Assembly (NCBI GenBank): GCA_046726415.1
Contig: JBKPAK010000020.1
Location: forward strand, 14,040 to 78,039
Source of the DNA: Candidatus Methylomirabilota bacterium
GTDB taxonomy: Bacteria > Methylomirabilota > Methylomirabilia > Rokubacteriales > CSP1-6
Reading direction: 5' to 3'
Length of the DNA: 64,000 bases
A program made the position numbers and the translations under genes. The notes under the pieces were generated by a model. It searched no databases, had not been told where the DNA came from, and saw nothing but the letters and a program-made list of their open reading frames with translations. This document shows positions 9,690-18,749 of this stretch, in pieces (within the stretch, counting starts at the first letter, position 1; each line of letters begins with the position of its first letter).

Positions 9690-9766
9690 GAATCGAGGGG
9701 CGGCCCGGCTCCGCCGGGCTGGCCCGAGCGGTGGGGGGTTTGGGGGGCCCTTTCGGGGCCCCCCAT
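9690..9766. repeat. REP/MITE-like G/C hairpin repeat
   Basis: 34-nt core GGGGGGTTTGGGGGGCCCTTTCGGGGCCCCCCAT is 33/34 identical to the copy near 63499-63532; the upstream GAATCGAGGGG-hairpin is also shared. Confidence 0.8.
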
Positions 9767-10953
9767 TAAAAACAGACGGGCAGGGTGCTCAGTCCGCGCA
9801 AGGTCAGGCTTTCGCGGTACTCCGGCTTGTCGGTGGCCAGTGCGAGTTTCGGCAACCGCCGCACGAGTGTGTTGAGCGCGATCTGACCCTCCAGGCGCGC
9901 GAGGGGCGCGCCCAGACAGAAGTGGATCCCCCACCCGAAGGCGATGTGGCGGTTGTCGGTGCGCGCGATGTCGAGGCGGTCGGGATCGGGAAACTGCGCG
10001 GGGTCGCGGTCGGCCGCGCCGATGAACGGCATCACCAGCTCGCCCTTGGCGATCGTCCGACCGGCGATCGCCACGTCCTCGCCAGAGACGCGCGCCGTGC
10101 GCTGCACCGGGCCGTCGTACCGGAAGAGCTCCTCCACCGCGCTGGCGATGAGCCCGGGGTCCTTGCGCAGCCGGCGGAGCTGGTCGCGATGGCGGAGCAG
10201 CGCCAGAGTCCCGTTGCCGATGAGATTCACGGTCGTCTCGTGCCCAGCCACGAGCAAGAGGATGCACGTGGCGAGCAACTCGTCCTCGCGGAGCCGGTCG
10301 CCGACCTCCTCGGCGGCGATGAGCCCCGAGAGGAGGTCGGCGCGCGGTGAAGCCCGCCGCTCGGCAATCAGCTCGCGGAAGTAAGCAGTGAGAGCGCTGC
10401 GAGCGGCGTCGCTCCGTCGCGCCACATCCGAGTCGGGCGGCAGCAGGATCGAGTCGAGTCCCCGCGCGATGTCGAGGCCCCACTGCTTGAAACGCTCGTG
10501 ATCTTCGAAGGGGACGCCGAGCATTTCGCAGATGACGATCACGGGGAGGGGGTAGGCGAAGTCCTCGATCAGATCCATCGCGTTGGCCCCCGCGACGCGG
10601 TCGAGGAGGCTGTCGACGATCTTCTGAATGTGGGGTCGCAGCGCCTCCACGACGCGGGGAGTGAACGCCTTGCTGACGAGACTGCGCAGCCGCGTGTGGT
10701 CCGGCGGATCGCGGTCCAGCATCGACAGTGGCGCCGCCGGCGCGCGACCGAGGCGGGCGGCCACCACGGCAGCGATCGCCTCCTTGGCGAAGCGCGGATC
10801 GCGCAGCACTGCCACCACGTCCTCGTACCGCGTGAGGACCCAGAAACCGAGCGGACTGTGATGAACAGGATCCTCGGCGCGCAGCCGATGGTAGGTCGGA
10901 TAGGGATCCGCGACGAAAGCCGGATCCATCGGATTGAAAGCGACACGGCCCAT
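9766..10953 (-). CDS. Cytochrome P450 (BioI/CYP107-like)
   Basis: I-helix AGHETT, ExxR EELFR, heme motif FGWGIHFCLG. Confidence 0.95.
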   Translation of the reverse strand: MGRVAFNPMDPAFVADPYPTYHRLRAEDPVHHSPLGFWVLTRYEDVVAVLRDPRFAKEAIAAVVAARLGRAPAAPLSMLDRDPPDHTRLRSLVSKAFTPRVVEALRPHIQKIVDSLLDRVAGANAMDLIEDFAYPLPVIVICEMLGVPFEDHERFKQWGLDIARGLDSILLPPDSDVARRSDAARSALTAYFRELIAERRASPRADLLSGLIAAEEVGDRLREDELLATCILLLVAGHETTVNLIGNGTLALLRHRDQLRRLRKDPGLIASAVEELFRYDGPVQRTARVSGEDVAIAGRTIAKGELVMPFIGAADRDPAQFPDPDRLDIARTDNRHIAFGWGIHFCLGAPLARLEGQIALNTLVRRLPKLALATDKPEYRESLTLRGLSTLPVCF

Positions 10954-11071
10954 CCACCGGCCTCCTCGAGCACGTCGCTTCGCTCACTATACAGCGCGCC
11001 GGCGGGTGCCGTCGGTTTGCACTGGACGGACCGTCTTAACCGGTCTAGCGTACGGGGCGAGCAAACAAAGC

Positions 11072-11259
11072 GGCCTCATCGAGGCGATGGGGCACGACCA
11101 CGGCAACGTGCACCAGGAAGTGTGAACGCAAGGGCGACCGGCTCGTCAACACGACGATCAAGACCTATTCAGAACGTGAGCCAGTTCAGGACCTATGACG
11201 AAAAGTAGTTCCTCGCAGCGCCCGTCCACGCTCGCGACTATCCGCCGTTGAAGAGCTGA
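11072..11259 (+). pseudogene. C-terminal remnant of a branched-chain-type ABC substrate-binding protein
   Basis: Manual translation ERKGDRLVNTTIKTY/(shift)QNVSQFRTYDEK*FLAAPVHARDYPPLKS*; contains a frameshift and an internal stop. Confidence 0.6.
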
Positions 11260-11338
11260 GGTCGAGCCCGGGCGGCGGCCTTGCCGCGGCAATCCTCGCC
11301 TGGGGGACGTCGGCCGGTGGCAGTCCAGCTCCCTTCTG

Positions 11339-11580
11339 GTGAGGGGAACCCTGCTCGGTCCCGTCGCCGGCGCCGCGCTGGTCGTCATCATGAAGAACGT
11401 GGCGAGCGCCTACATCGAGCGCTGGAACTTGTCCTCGGCGCCATCTTCATGGTCATCGTGGTGTTCATGCCCGAAGGGCTCGTGCCGGGCACCGTGCGCC
11501 TCGCCCGCTGGGCGACGGCGGCGCTGCGGCCACGAATCACACCGCCCACGGAGCGGGCCAGAACCACACACGGAGCGTGA
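11339..11580 (+). pseudogene. C-terminal remnant of a branched-chain amino acid ABC permease (LivM-like)
   Basis: GTLLGPVAGAALVVIMKNVASAYIERWN continues after a frameshift near 11430 as VLGAIFMVIVVFMPEGLV; the N-terminus is absent. Confidence 0.7.
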
Positions 11581-12286
11581 TGGTTGCCCGCGCGGCGACG
11601 GTGCCCTGGTACCCCGGGGGAAGCGGCAGGGGGATCAACGTCCACTCCTCCGGCCGTCCCAGACCGGGATCGGCCGACAGGATTGCCGCGTGCCCAGGGT
11701 CGACCGATACGACGAAGCTCGCCAGAGGAAGGGCCATGCCGTCGCCGGTGGCCTTGATCACCGCTTCCTTACGCGTCCAGCAGGTGAAGAAGGCGGCGCG
11801 AGCCAGGGGCGGTGGCACCGCGGCCAGGCTCCGGACCTCGTCCCTGGCGAAGAATCGCGCCGCGATGTGCGCGTAGTCCACATCCTCGCGCATGTACTCG
11901 ACGTCGATTCCGACTTCCTGGTCCAGCGTGACTGCGCAGACCATCAGGTCATTCGAGTGGGCGACATTGAAGCGAAGCCGCCCACGGCTGTCGTCGTCGA
12001 GCCGTGGCTTTCCGCCCGCCGCCACGCTGAAGCGGACACCCTCCGGAGACCGTCCGCACAGCGGACCGAGGAGTTGCCGCAGCCGGCCCCGCCCCACGAC
12101 AAAGCGATCTCTGGCGCGCTCGGAGATGAGGCGGTCGGCACGGCCGCGCTCGTCCGGCGACAGGTACCCCCTCATTGCGTCGATCTCGTCACGCGAGAGG
12201 TCGAGCCGGCACAGCACGACATCGACGAAGGATGGGGCAACCCGGGGTCCGACCGCCCCCTCACGCTTCGGTCGTGGTGTCGTCAC
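11537..12286 (-). CDS. 4'-phosphopantetheinyl transferase, Sfp-type
   Basis: Motifs GGKP, FNVAHS, VGIDVE, WTRKEAVIKATG. Confidence 0.9.
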   Translation of the reverse strand: MTTPRPKREGAVGPRVAPSFVDVVLCRLDLSRDEIDAMRGYLSPDERGRADRLISERARDRFVVGRGRLRQLLGPLCGRSPEGVRFSVAAGGKPRLDDDSRGRLRFNVAHSNDLMVCAVTLDQEVGIDVEYMREDVDYAHIAARFFARDEVRSLAAVPPPLARAAFFTCWTRKEAVIKATGDGMALPLASFVVSVDPGHAAILSADPGLGRPEEWTLIPLPLPPGYQGTVAARATITLRVWFWPAPWAV

Positions 12287-12419
12287 ATGAGGTCACGGGC
12301 CTCACATTTCGCCGTCGCTCGCGCGGCGCCGCGTTCGGTTTGCTGTCAGGCGTCTCCCTGGCTGGTTTACCATGGCTTCCCAACAACCTGGAGCGCGCTC
12401 CACGCATGGGAGATTCGGC

Positions 12420-13553
12420 ATGAGTCGATCCCACGTCATCGTGCTTGGTGCCGGAGTCGTCGGCGCTAACGTCGCCTATCGCCTCGCGGCCGAGGGAGCG
12501 CGTGTCACCGTGGTGGACGCCGCGGCACCTGGCCGCGGAACCTCGGGGGCGAGCTTCGCCTGGGTCAACTCGTTCAACAAGGAGCCCCGCGCATACCACG
12601 AGCTCAACGTCGCCAGCCTGGACGAGTATCCGGCGCTGGCGGACGAGCTGGGGGGCGATTGGTTCAAGCGCGTCGGCAATCTCCACTGGGAGGAGGAGCC
12701 GGACGCGGTCGCTCGCCTGGGCCAGACGGTTGAGCGCCTGCGCGACTGGTCGTATCCAGTCGAGCGGCTCACGCGCAAGGAGGCCCTCGCGCTCGAACCT
12801 GATCTCGTCATCGCGCCGCAGATCGACGATGTCGTATTCACGCCCGGGGAGGGCTACGTGGAAGTCGTTCCGCTCGTCGCGGCCCTGATCGCAGGGGCTT
12901 GCCGCCTGGGCGCCTCGGTGCTTTCGGGACGTCGTGTCACCGCCATCGTTCGCGCGGGCCACCGCGTACGTGGGATCGAGATCGCGGGCGGCGAACGTCT
13001 CGAGGGCGACGTCGTGGTCGACTGTGCAGGCCCCGCCGCGGGGGAGATCGCACGGTACGCCGGCCTCGAGATTCCCGTGGGCGGCGAGCCAGGTCGGCTG
13101 GTGTACACGGCGCCCGTGGCCACGACCTTGCGCCGGGTCGTACACGCTCCCGGCGCGTACTTTCGCCCCGATGGGGCCGGGCGCATCGTGCTCGCCGAGA
13201 AGGTGCACGACGCCGTGGTGGAGGGAGCTCCGGCCGAGCCGATCTCCGGCTGGGGGCCGGCCGACTCGGTGGCCACCGCGGCCCGGCACCTTCCCCCTCT
13301 CGGAGTGGCCCGCGTCGAGGCAGTGCGCGTCGGGGTGCGCCCGATGCCGAAGGATCGATTGCCGATCGTGGGCGCGGTGCCCGATCTGGAGGGCTTCTAC
13401 GTCGTCGTGTCCCATAGCGGCGTGACCCTCGGACCGCTGTGGGGTCGAATCGCGGCGGCCGAGCTGATCCACGGCGCGGCCGACTTGCGCCTGGCCCTGT
13501 TCCGTCCCTCCCGATTCGCGGGCCACTCGAGCCAGACCAGCCAGCCGCGATGA
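12420..13553 (+). CDS. FAD-dependent oxidoreductase, DAO/glycine oxidase family
   Basis: Motifs GAGVVG, GTSGAS, RPMPKDRLPIVG, HSGVTLGP. Confidence 0.88.
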   Translation: MSRSHVIVLGAGVVGANVAYRLAAEGARVTVVDAAAPGRGTSGASFAWVNSFNKEPRAYHELNVASLDEYPALADELGGDWFKRVGNLHWEEEPDAVARLGQTVERLRDWSYPVERLTRKEALALEPDLVIAPQIDDVVFTPGEGYVEVVPLVAALIAGACRLGASVLSGRRVTAIVRAGHRVRGIEIAGGERLEGDVVVDCAGPAAGEIARYAGLEIPVGGEPGRLVYTAPVATTLRRVVHAPGAYFRPDGAGRIVLAEKVHDAVVEGAPAEPISGWGPADSVATAARHLPPLGVARVEAVRVGVRPMPKDRLPIVGAVPDLEGFYVVVSHSGVTLGPLWGRIAAAELIHGAADLRLALFRPSRFAGHSSQTSQPR

Positions 13554-13557
13554 ACCG

Positions 13558-14874
13558 CTACTGGCGCAGCTCCCAGAGGGTGCCGTTGGGCGTGTCGTGC
13601 AACTCGATGCGCGCCGCCGCCAGCTGCGCGCGCAGCCGGTCGGCGAGCGCCCATGCGCGCTCGACGCGAAGTTCTGCCCTCAGCGCCAAGAGGTTCTCGA
13701 CGAGGGGAGCGAGAAGCTCGCGGGGATCTCGGAGCCCTTCTCCCGCCGCTTCGCCGAGTCGATGAACCAGCGAGCGCAGGACGGCGCGCGCCTGGTCGGG
13801 GTCATCCGTCTGCAGGCTGTCCGTGGCCCACTCCTGTATCGTCCGGTCGAGGTGCAGGATGGCTTCGGCGGCCCCGGCCGCGGAGCGCCCGGCCAGCGCC
13901 GTCTCGAAGACCTGCTCCAGACGGGTGACCTCCGCGAGCAGGGGTGATCGCTTCGGACCGGAGGATGATGTCTCCGTGGGTGGCGAAGTCCCCTCTGGGG
14001 AAGAGCCGACTGAGGCGAGGGGGCGGTCGCTCGCCACCGTCTCCCCCCGGGCGGCGGCGAGCAATGCGTCCAGGCGCACGCGCTGGCCAGCGGGAAGTCG
14101 CCAGGAGGCCCCCTTCCGGCGCACGGTGACGGTGCCTCGCCCGGTGACGGTGGCCATCCGCGCGTCGAGATCGATGATCAGCGCGGTGTGTTCGTCGATC
14201 CCCAGCACCCAGCCGTCGTCGGGCAGCATCGCCTCCATCGCCGCGAGGCGCCGCTCACCGAGATAGCAGAACCGCGTGTCGTGCGTACCCCCCTCGGCGT
14301 TGTCGAAATGGGGAATGACCGCGCATGGGCCGCCGAAGCCGCCGATCCGCCCCAGGAGATCGAGGCCCTCGAGCCAGTGGACGGCCTGGCCGACCTTGTA
14401 GACCTCGTAGACGGGCACGCTGAAGCGGCCGAGCGTGAGGGCCGCTGCGCTGGCGAACACGACGGCGCCGCCCTCGACGAGCTTGCTGGCGAGCGTCTCC
14501 GGCACCGGCGAGGTGCGCCAGACCGACAGCGCATACGAGGGACTGCCTGGCCCGGCGAAGATCAAGTCCGCCGTGCGAAGACGTGACAGGGCCGCCGCCT
14601 CGGCGAGCGGCGTGCGCTGCGCGGGATCCACGGCGAGCGGTCCCGGCAAGCCGGCGGCCTCGATCACCAGCTGCACGCGGTGGGCGAAGTACTCGATGGC
14701 CCGCTGCGTGATCTCGGCGGCGTTTTCCTGGAAGCCATACGGGGTGTCGAGCAGGACGGCCCGCGGAGGCGTCTCGCCGAACCGCGCGACTACCTCGCGA
14801 TGCGTCGTCACCATGGTGGGCGCCGTCTCGCCCGAACCCATGAGCGCCAGCAACCGCAGAGCCCGTGCGCTCAC
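13558..14874 (-). CDS. Peptidase S51/cyanophycinase-like domain fused to a cysteinyl-tRNA synthetase C-terminal-like helical domain
   Basis: N-terminal GSGE, FAGPGSP, ASAAA (nucleophile-elbow-like), IPHFD, GIDEHT. C-terminal LRAELR..RAWALADRLRAQL....IELHDTPNGTLW resembles the CysRS tail. Confidence 0.7.
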   Translation of the reverse strand: MSARALRLLALMGSGETAPTMVTTHREVVARFGETPPRAVLLDTPYGFQENAAEITQRAIEYFAHRVQLVIEAAGLPGPLAVDPAQRTPLAEAAALSRLRTADLIFAGPGSPSYALSVWRTSPVPETLASKLVEGGAVVFASAAALTLGRFSVPVYEVYKVGQAVHWLEGLDLLGRIGGFGGPCAVIPHFDNAEGGTHDTRFCYLGERRLAAMEAMLPDDGWVLGIDEHTALIIDLDARMATVTGRGTVTVRRKGASWRLPAGQRVRLDALLAAARGETVASDRPLASVGSSPEGTSPPTETSSSGPKRSPLLAEVTRLEQVFETALAGRSAAGAAEAILHLDRTIQEWATDSLQTDDPDQARAVLRSLVHRLGEAAGEGLRDPRELLAPLVENLLALRAELRVERAWALADRLRAQLAAARIELHDTPNGTLWELRQ

Positions 14875-15755
14875 GCGAAGAACCCGTCGCCCACGGCGTC
14901 CGCGAGAACGCCCGCCACCTTCGCCGGGAACTGCAGGTGCAGGTCGTGATGCCCGGGCGCGAACCAGTGAGAGCGGATCTTCGCGCCCGCAGCGAGCGCA
15001 GCCGCCTCAGCCCGACGCTTGGCTGCGGTCCGCGCGGGGTCCCCCGTGTCGGCGAGGAGCAGCACGGTGGGAGTGGTCAGCGTCGAATAGCGGCTGGAGG
15101 GGCGGTGCTCCCAGAGCGATCGCAAGATCTCGAGGTGCCGGCCTCTCACCAGGCGAGGCTCGATGGTGCCGTCGGATCGAACGCGGAAGCAGTGCTCATA
15201 GGCCGCCAGGGCGCGATCGGAGAAATCCGGATTCGATTGCCGGAATCGGGCTCGAAGCTGGGCCATCGTGAGGTGGTCCAGCGACGGTGGGGTCAGCGCG
15301 GCCAGGCAGCCCGCCCACTCGGGAAACGACTCGGCCAGCTCGATGACTCCGCCGTCGACGCAGGCGATGCCGCGCACCGCGTCCGGTCGGCGCCAGGCCA
15401 GCTCCAGAACCACGTTGCCCCCCCAGGACTGCCCCGCGAGCACGGGTCGGTCCAGGTCCAGGACGCCGATCAGGGCCAGCAGGTCGGCCACCGCGGTGTC
15501 GAGATCGTAGCCGGTCTCGGGCGCGTCGGAGCGGCCGTGGCCCCGCTGGTCGAGCGCGACTACCGTGTGGCCCAGCGCGTGAAGGTGCTCGGCCACGCCG
15601 TCCCACAGCCGGAGGTTTGACGCGAGGCCGTGGACGAGGACGAAGGGGACAGCCCCGGGAATTCCGCGGCGCCACTCGACGTGAAGGGCGACGTCCGCCG
15701 CCACCGGCACACGATGGTCGAGCGCCCTCGCCGCGCGATCGGATCGTTGGCTCAT
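14871..15755 (-). CDS. Alpha/beta fold hydrolase
   Basis: HGLASN, DQRGHGRS, nucleophile GQSWG, C-terminal GHHDLH. Confidence 0.88.
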   Translation of the reverse strand: MSQRSDRAARALDHRVPVAADVALHVEWRRGIPGAVPFVLVHGLASNLRLWDGVAEHLHALGHTVVALDQRGHGRSDAPETGYDLDTAVADLLALIGVLDLDRPVLAGQSWGGNVVLELAWRRPDAVRGIACVDGGVIELAESFPEWAGCLAALTPPSLDHLTMAQLRARFRQSNPDFSDRALAAYEHCFRVRSDGTIEPRLVRGRHLEILRSLWEHRPSSRYSTLTTPTVLLLADTGDPARTAAKRRAEAAALAAGAKIRSHWFAPGHHDLHLQFPAKVAGVLADAVGDGFFA

Positions 15756-15895
15756 CGGTCTCCCGGGGTCATGAGCAGCCGTGGCCATCGTAGTCCAGCG
15801 CCTGCGCGGCCTCAACCCACTCCCCTAGAATCGACGTGGAAGCGAAATTCGGGTCAGCGTCCGGTCCAGAGACGCGACCGCGGGGAGGGACGGCG

Positions 15896-16282
15896 ATGGC
15901 GAGCGGAGCGATCACGGGGCTGGCCGGCGTCCTCATCTGGACAGAGGCTGGTCGTTTGGGTGAGATGGCGCGGTTCTACTGCGACACATTGGGGCTCACG
16001 CCGCGGTCGATGCGAGAGGACTTCGTCAACTTCGATTGGAACGGCGTGCGGCTCAGCATCGGTGTCCACGACCGCCTCCAGGGCGCTGCGCGGGATCCGC
16101 TGCGCATCATGATCAATCTGGCTGTCGTGGACATTCGCGCGGTCTACGCGCGGCTGAGGGCGGCCGGCGTACCCTTCAGCCGTGTGCCGGAGCAGGAGGA
16201 CTGGGGAGGGTGGGTGGCCAGCTTCGCCGATCCCGATGGGAACACCCTGCAGCTCATGCAACTGCCTCCGGGGCCGCCCTGA
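15896..16282 (+). CDS. VOC/glyoxalase family protein
   Basis: Motifs FYCDTLGL and WGGWVASFADPDGNTLQL. Confidence 0.85.
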   Translation: MASGAITGLAGVLIWTEAGRLGEMARFYCDTLGLTPRSMREDFVNFDWNGVRLSIGVHDRLQGAARDPLRIMINLAVVDIRAVYARLRAAGVPFSRVPEQEDWGGWVASFADPDGNTLQLMQLPPGPP

Positions 16283-16383
16283 GGGGCCTGTCGGCGCGTC
16301 CCCCGTGCGGGCGGCAGTCCGGATAACGGCGCACAGGCCGGTCCCGTGGCTGTCGGTCGACGCGTCATCCAAGGTCGGCCGCG

Positions 16384-17142
16384 TCAGTGGGGATGGCGGT
16401 GCTGAAGGATGTGCGGTCGCTCGAGCCCGTGCGCCAGCATCAGCGGCTCGTCGGCCAGAAGCTCAATGGGCGGGCCGGCCGCGACCACTTTCCCCCCATC
16501 TAGCACGACCGCGCGCGAGCACATCTCGGCGACCAGCTCGAGATCATGCGTGGCGATGATCTTCGTCGCAGGGATACCTCGCAAGAGGGCCTTCAGCTCC
16601 CGCCGGCCGCGGGGATCCAGATCGCTGGTCGGCTCGTCGAGCACGAGGATGCGCGGCGCGCAGGCCAGCACGCCAGCCAGGCAGACGCGCCGCTTCTCGC
16701 CACCGCTCAGGTGATGGGGAGACCGGTTCTCGAACCCGGTCAGGCCAACCCGGGCCAGCGCGTCGGCCACCGCACGCTGCACCTCGGCCCGACCGAGCCC
16801 AAACTGCTCGGGACCGAACGCGACATCTTCGAATACGGTGGGGCAGAAGAGTTGGTCGTCTGCATCCTGGAAGAGCAGACCGACCGTCCGCCGGATCGAG
16901 GGGAGCGTGGCGGACGTGACGGGCTGGCCGAAGATGAAGACGGCGGATGCGGGCGAGCTCCCGCGTCCGCCCTCCGGGAGGATCCCGTTGAGGTGCAGCA
17001 GCAAGGTCGACTTGCCGGCGCCGTTGGGTCCGATGATGCCGACGCACTCGCCCTCCTCGACCTGGAGGTCGAGCCCCCGCAGCGCTTCCGCGCCGTCGGG
17101 ATAGCTGAAGCGCAAATCTCTGATCTCGAGCGCAAGCGTCAC
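16384..17142 (-). CDS. cbiO: ECF transporter ATPase (CbiO/NikO)
   Basis: GPNGAGKST, FQDADDQLF, LSGGEKRR, LDEP. GTG start overlaps the upstream stop. Confidence 0.88.
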   Translation of the reverse strand: MTLALEIRDLRFSYPDGAEALRGLDLQVEEGECVGIIGPNGAGKSTLLLHLNGILPEGGRGSSPASAVFIFGQPVTSATLPSIRRTVGLLFQDADDQLFCPTVFEDVAFGPEQFGLGRAEVQRAVADALARVGLTGFENRSPHHLSGGEKRRVCLAGVLACAPRILVLDEPTSDLDPRGRRELKALLRGIPATKIIATHDLELVAEMCSRAVVLDGGKVVAAGPPIELLADEPLMLAHGLERPHILQHRHPH

Positions 17143-17750
17143 TTCCAACCCCGGGCCGCCATGGCGGCGTAGATCCGCTCGGCGCGTTCGGTCGATCGCA
17201 CGAACAGCTGTCCGATCACGGTGGCCAGGATACGCCACGTCCACCAGCGCCCGGGGCGAAACGTGCGACTCGCGCGGGCGCGCCGCATGCGTTGCGCCTC
17301 GTCGGTCAGCACGAACAGGTACCGGTACATCAGGGCCAGCGTGCTGACGAGAAGAGCGGGCATCCGGCCGCGCCGCATCACGCCGAGCAGCGCCGAGAAC
17401 GACGTGGTGTTGGACAGGAGGATCATGACGAGGAGGCAGAGTGACGTCTTCGCGAGCAAGGTCGCGAAGATCGCGCCTCCGTCCGGCTGGAAGATCGCCA
17501 GGCCGGCGGTGCCGAGGGCAAGCGGCTCGAGCGCGATGAGGCGCCACAGAATGAAGCGAATGGGGATGTGGCTGACGGCGGCCACTCCGGCCATGAGCAC
17601 CCCGACCGCGAGAAACGCGTCCCAGCGTCCACGAGGAAGGGTCGCAATGACGAGGACCACGGTCAGGGCGGCCAGGAGCTTGAACCATGCGGGCAGCCGA
17701 TGCACGGGGCTGTCGAGGCGGCTGTAGCGATCGATGAAGTCGGGACGCAT
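17139..17750 (-). CDS. cbiQ: ECF transporter T component (CbiQ/NikQ)
   Basis: SPVHRLP, YRYLFVL, ARASR, ERAERIYAAMAARG. Confidence 0.88.
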   Translation of the reverse strand: MRPDFIDRYSRLDSPVHRLPAWFKLLAALTVVLVIATLPRGRWDAFLAVGVLMAGVAAVSHIPIRFILWRLIALEPLALGTAGLAIFQPDGGAIFATLLAKTSLCLLVMILLSNTTSFSALLGVMRRGRMPALLVSTLALMYRYLFVLTDEAQRMRRARASRTFRPGRWWTWRILATVIGQLFVRSTERAERIYAAMAARGWK

Positions 17751-17755
17751 TGGGA

Positions 17756-18724
17756 TTAGCGCGACGGGGGATCCGGTCCTCTGCCCTGACGCTTCCTGGC
17801 GACGACAAGCCGGGCCACCCCGAGTGCCAGCAGGAACACAAGACCGGTGCCCAGGGCGCCGGCCACGGCGGTGGCCCAGGCCGCCGAGCTGATGCCGCGC
17901 ACGGCATAGTCGATCAGTGGCGATGGCACCAGCGGCGTATCCGCAGCGCGCTCCTGGAAGCCCAGCTGCGCGGCGACCTTCTCGAGACCGTCGGGCCACT
18001 CTGATGCCAGCGGCGAGGCGAACAGGGCAATCCCCAGTGAAATCAGCAATCCGAAGGCGAGCACCTCGGTGGCCGCGCGGGCGGTGCCTCCCAGGGCCCT
18101 TTCGCGGAGGATCTCGGGCCGCGCCCGTCGAATCGCGAGCAAGACCATCGTGGTGATCAGTGCCTCGCCCACCCCAATGAGCATGTGTACGCCGGTCATA
18201 GCCAGCAGGGCGACCCGCCATGGCACGACACCCGACACACTGAGCTCTCCGGCGGTGACGATCGCCGCCATCACGGTGGCACACCACGCCGCGACCGCGG
18301 CGGCCACGAGCTGGCCCCGGTCGCCCCGGAGCAGGCGGTGAATCGCGCAATAGACATAGAAGCTGCCGACCGCGCTGACTATCGCCATGTTGAAGACGTT
18401 CGCCCCGAGCGCCAGCAGGCCGCCGTCGGCGAAGATCAAACACTGCACGATGAGCACGGCGGTCATGACGAGGGCGGCGCCACTCGGGCCGAGCAACACG
18501 GCCGCCAGCGTCCCGCCAATGAGATGCCCCGACGTCCCTCCGGCCACCGGGAAGTTCACCATCTGCGCGGCAAAGATGAAGGCGGCGGTCAGTCCCAGGA
18601 GCGGAACGCGCCGCGGCGGCAGGTGCGCCTGGGCCTGCTTCACTGCGATGGCGACACCGGTCGCGGCGAGGACACCCGTCGCGACGAGCGTCTTGGCGTC
18701 GAGAAATCCGTCGGGAATGTGCAG
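17756..18724 (-). CDS. ECF Ni/Co S component fused to a PDGLE domain (NikMN/CbiMN), probable CTG start
   Basis: In-frame (L/M)HIPDGFLDAKT upstream of the ORF-track start; FAAQMVNFPVAGGTSGH, QCLIFADGG, PDGLEKVA. Confidence 0.88.
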   Translation of the reverse strand: MHIPDGFLDAKTLVATGVLAATGVAIAVKQAQAHLPPRRVPLLGLTAAFIFAAQMVNFPVAGGTSGHLIGGTLAAVLLGPSGAALVMTAVLIVQCLIFADGGLLALGANVFNMAIVSAVGSFYVYCAIHRLLRGDRGQLVAAAVAAWCATVMAAIVTAGELSVSGVVPWRVALLAMTGVHMLIGVGEALITTMVLLAIRRARPEILRERALGGTARAATEVLAFGLLISLGIALFASPLASEWPDGLEKVAAQLGFQERAADTPLVPSPLIDYAVRGISSAAWATAVAGALGTGLVFLLALGVARLVVARKRQGRGPDPPSR

Positions 18725-18749
18725 GACTGGCTCCGAGCCTACGACGACG

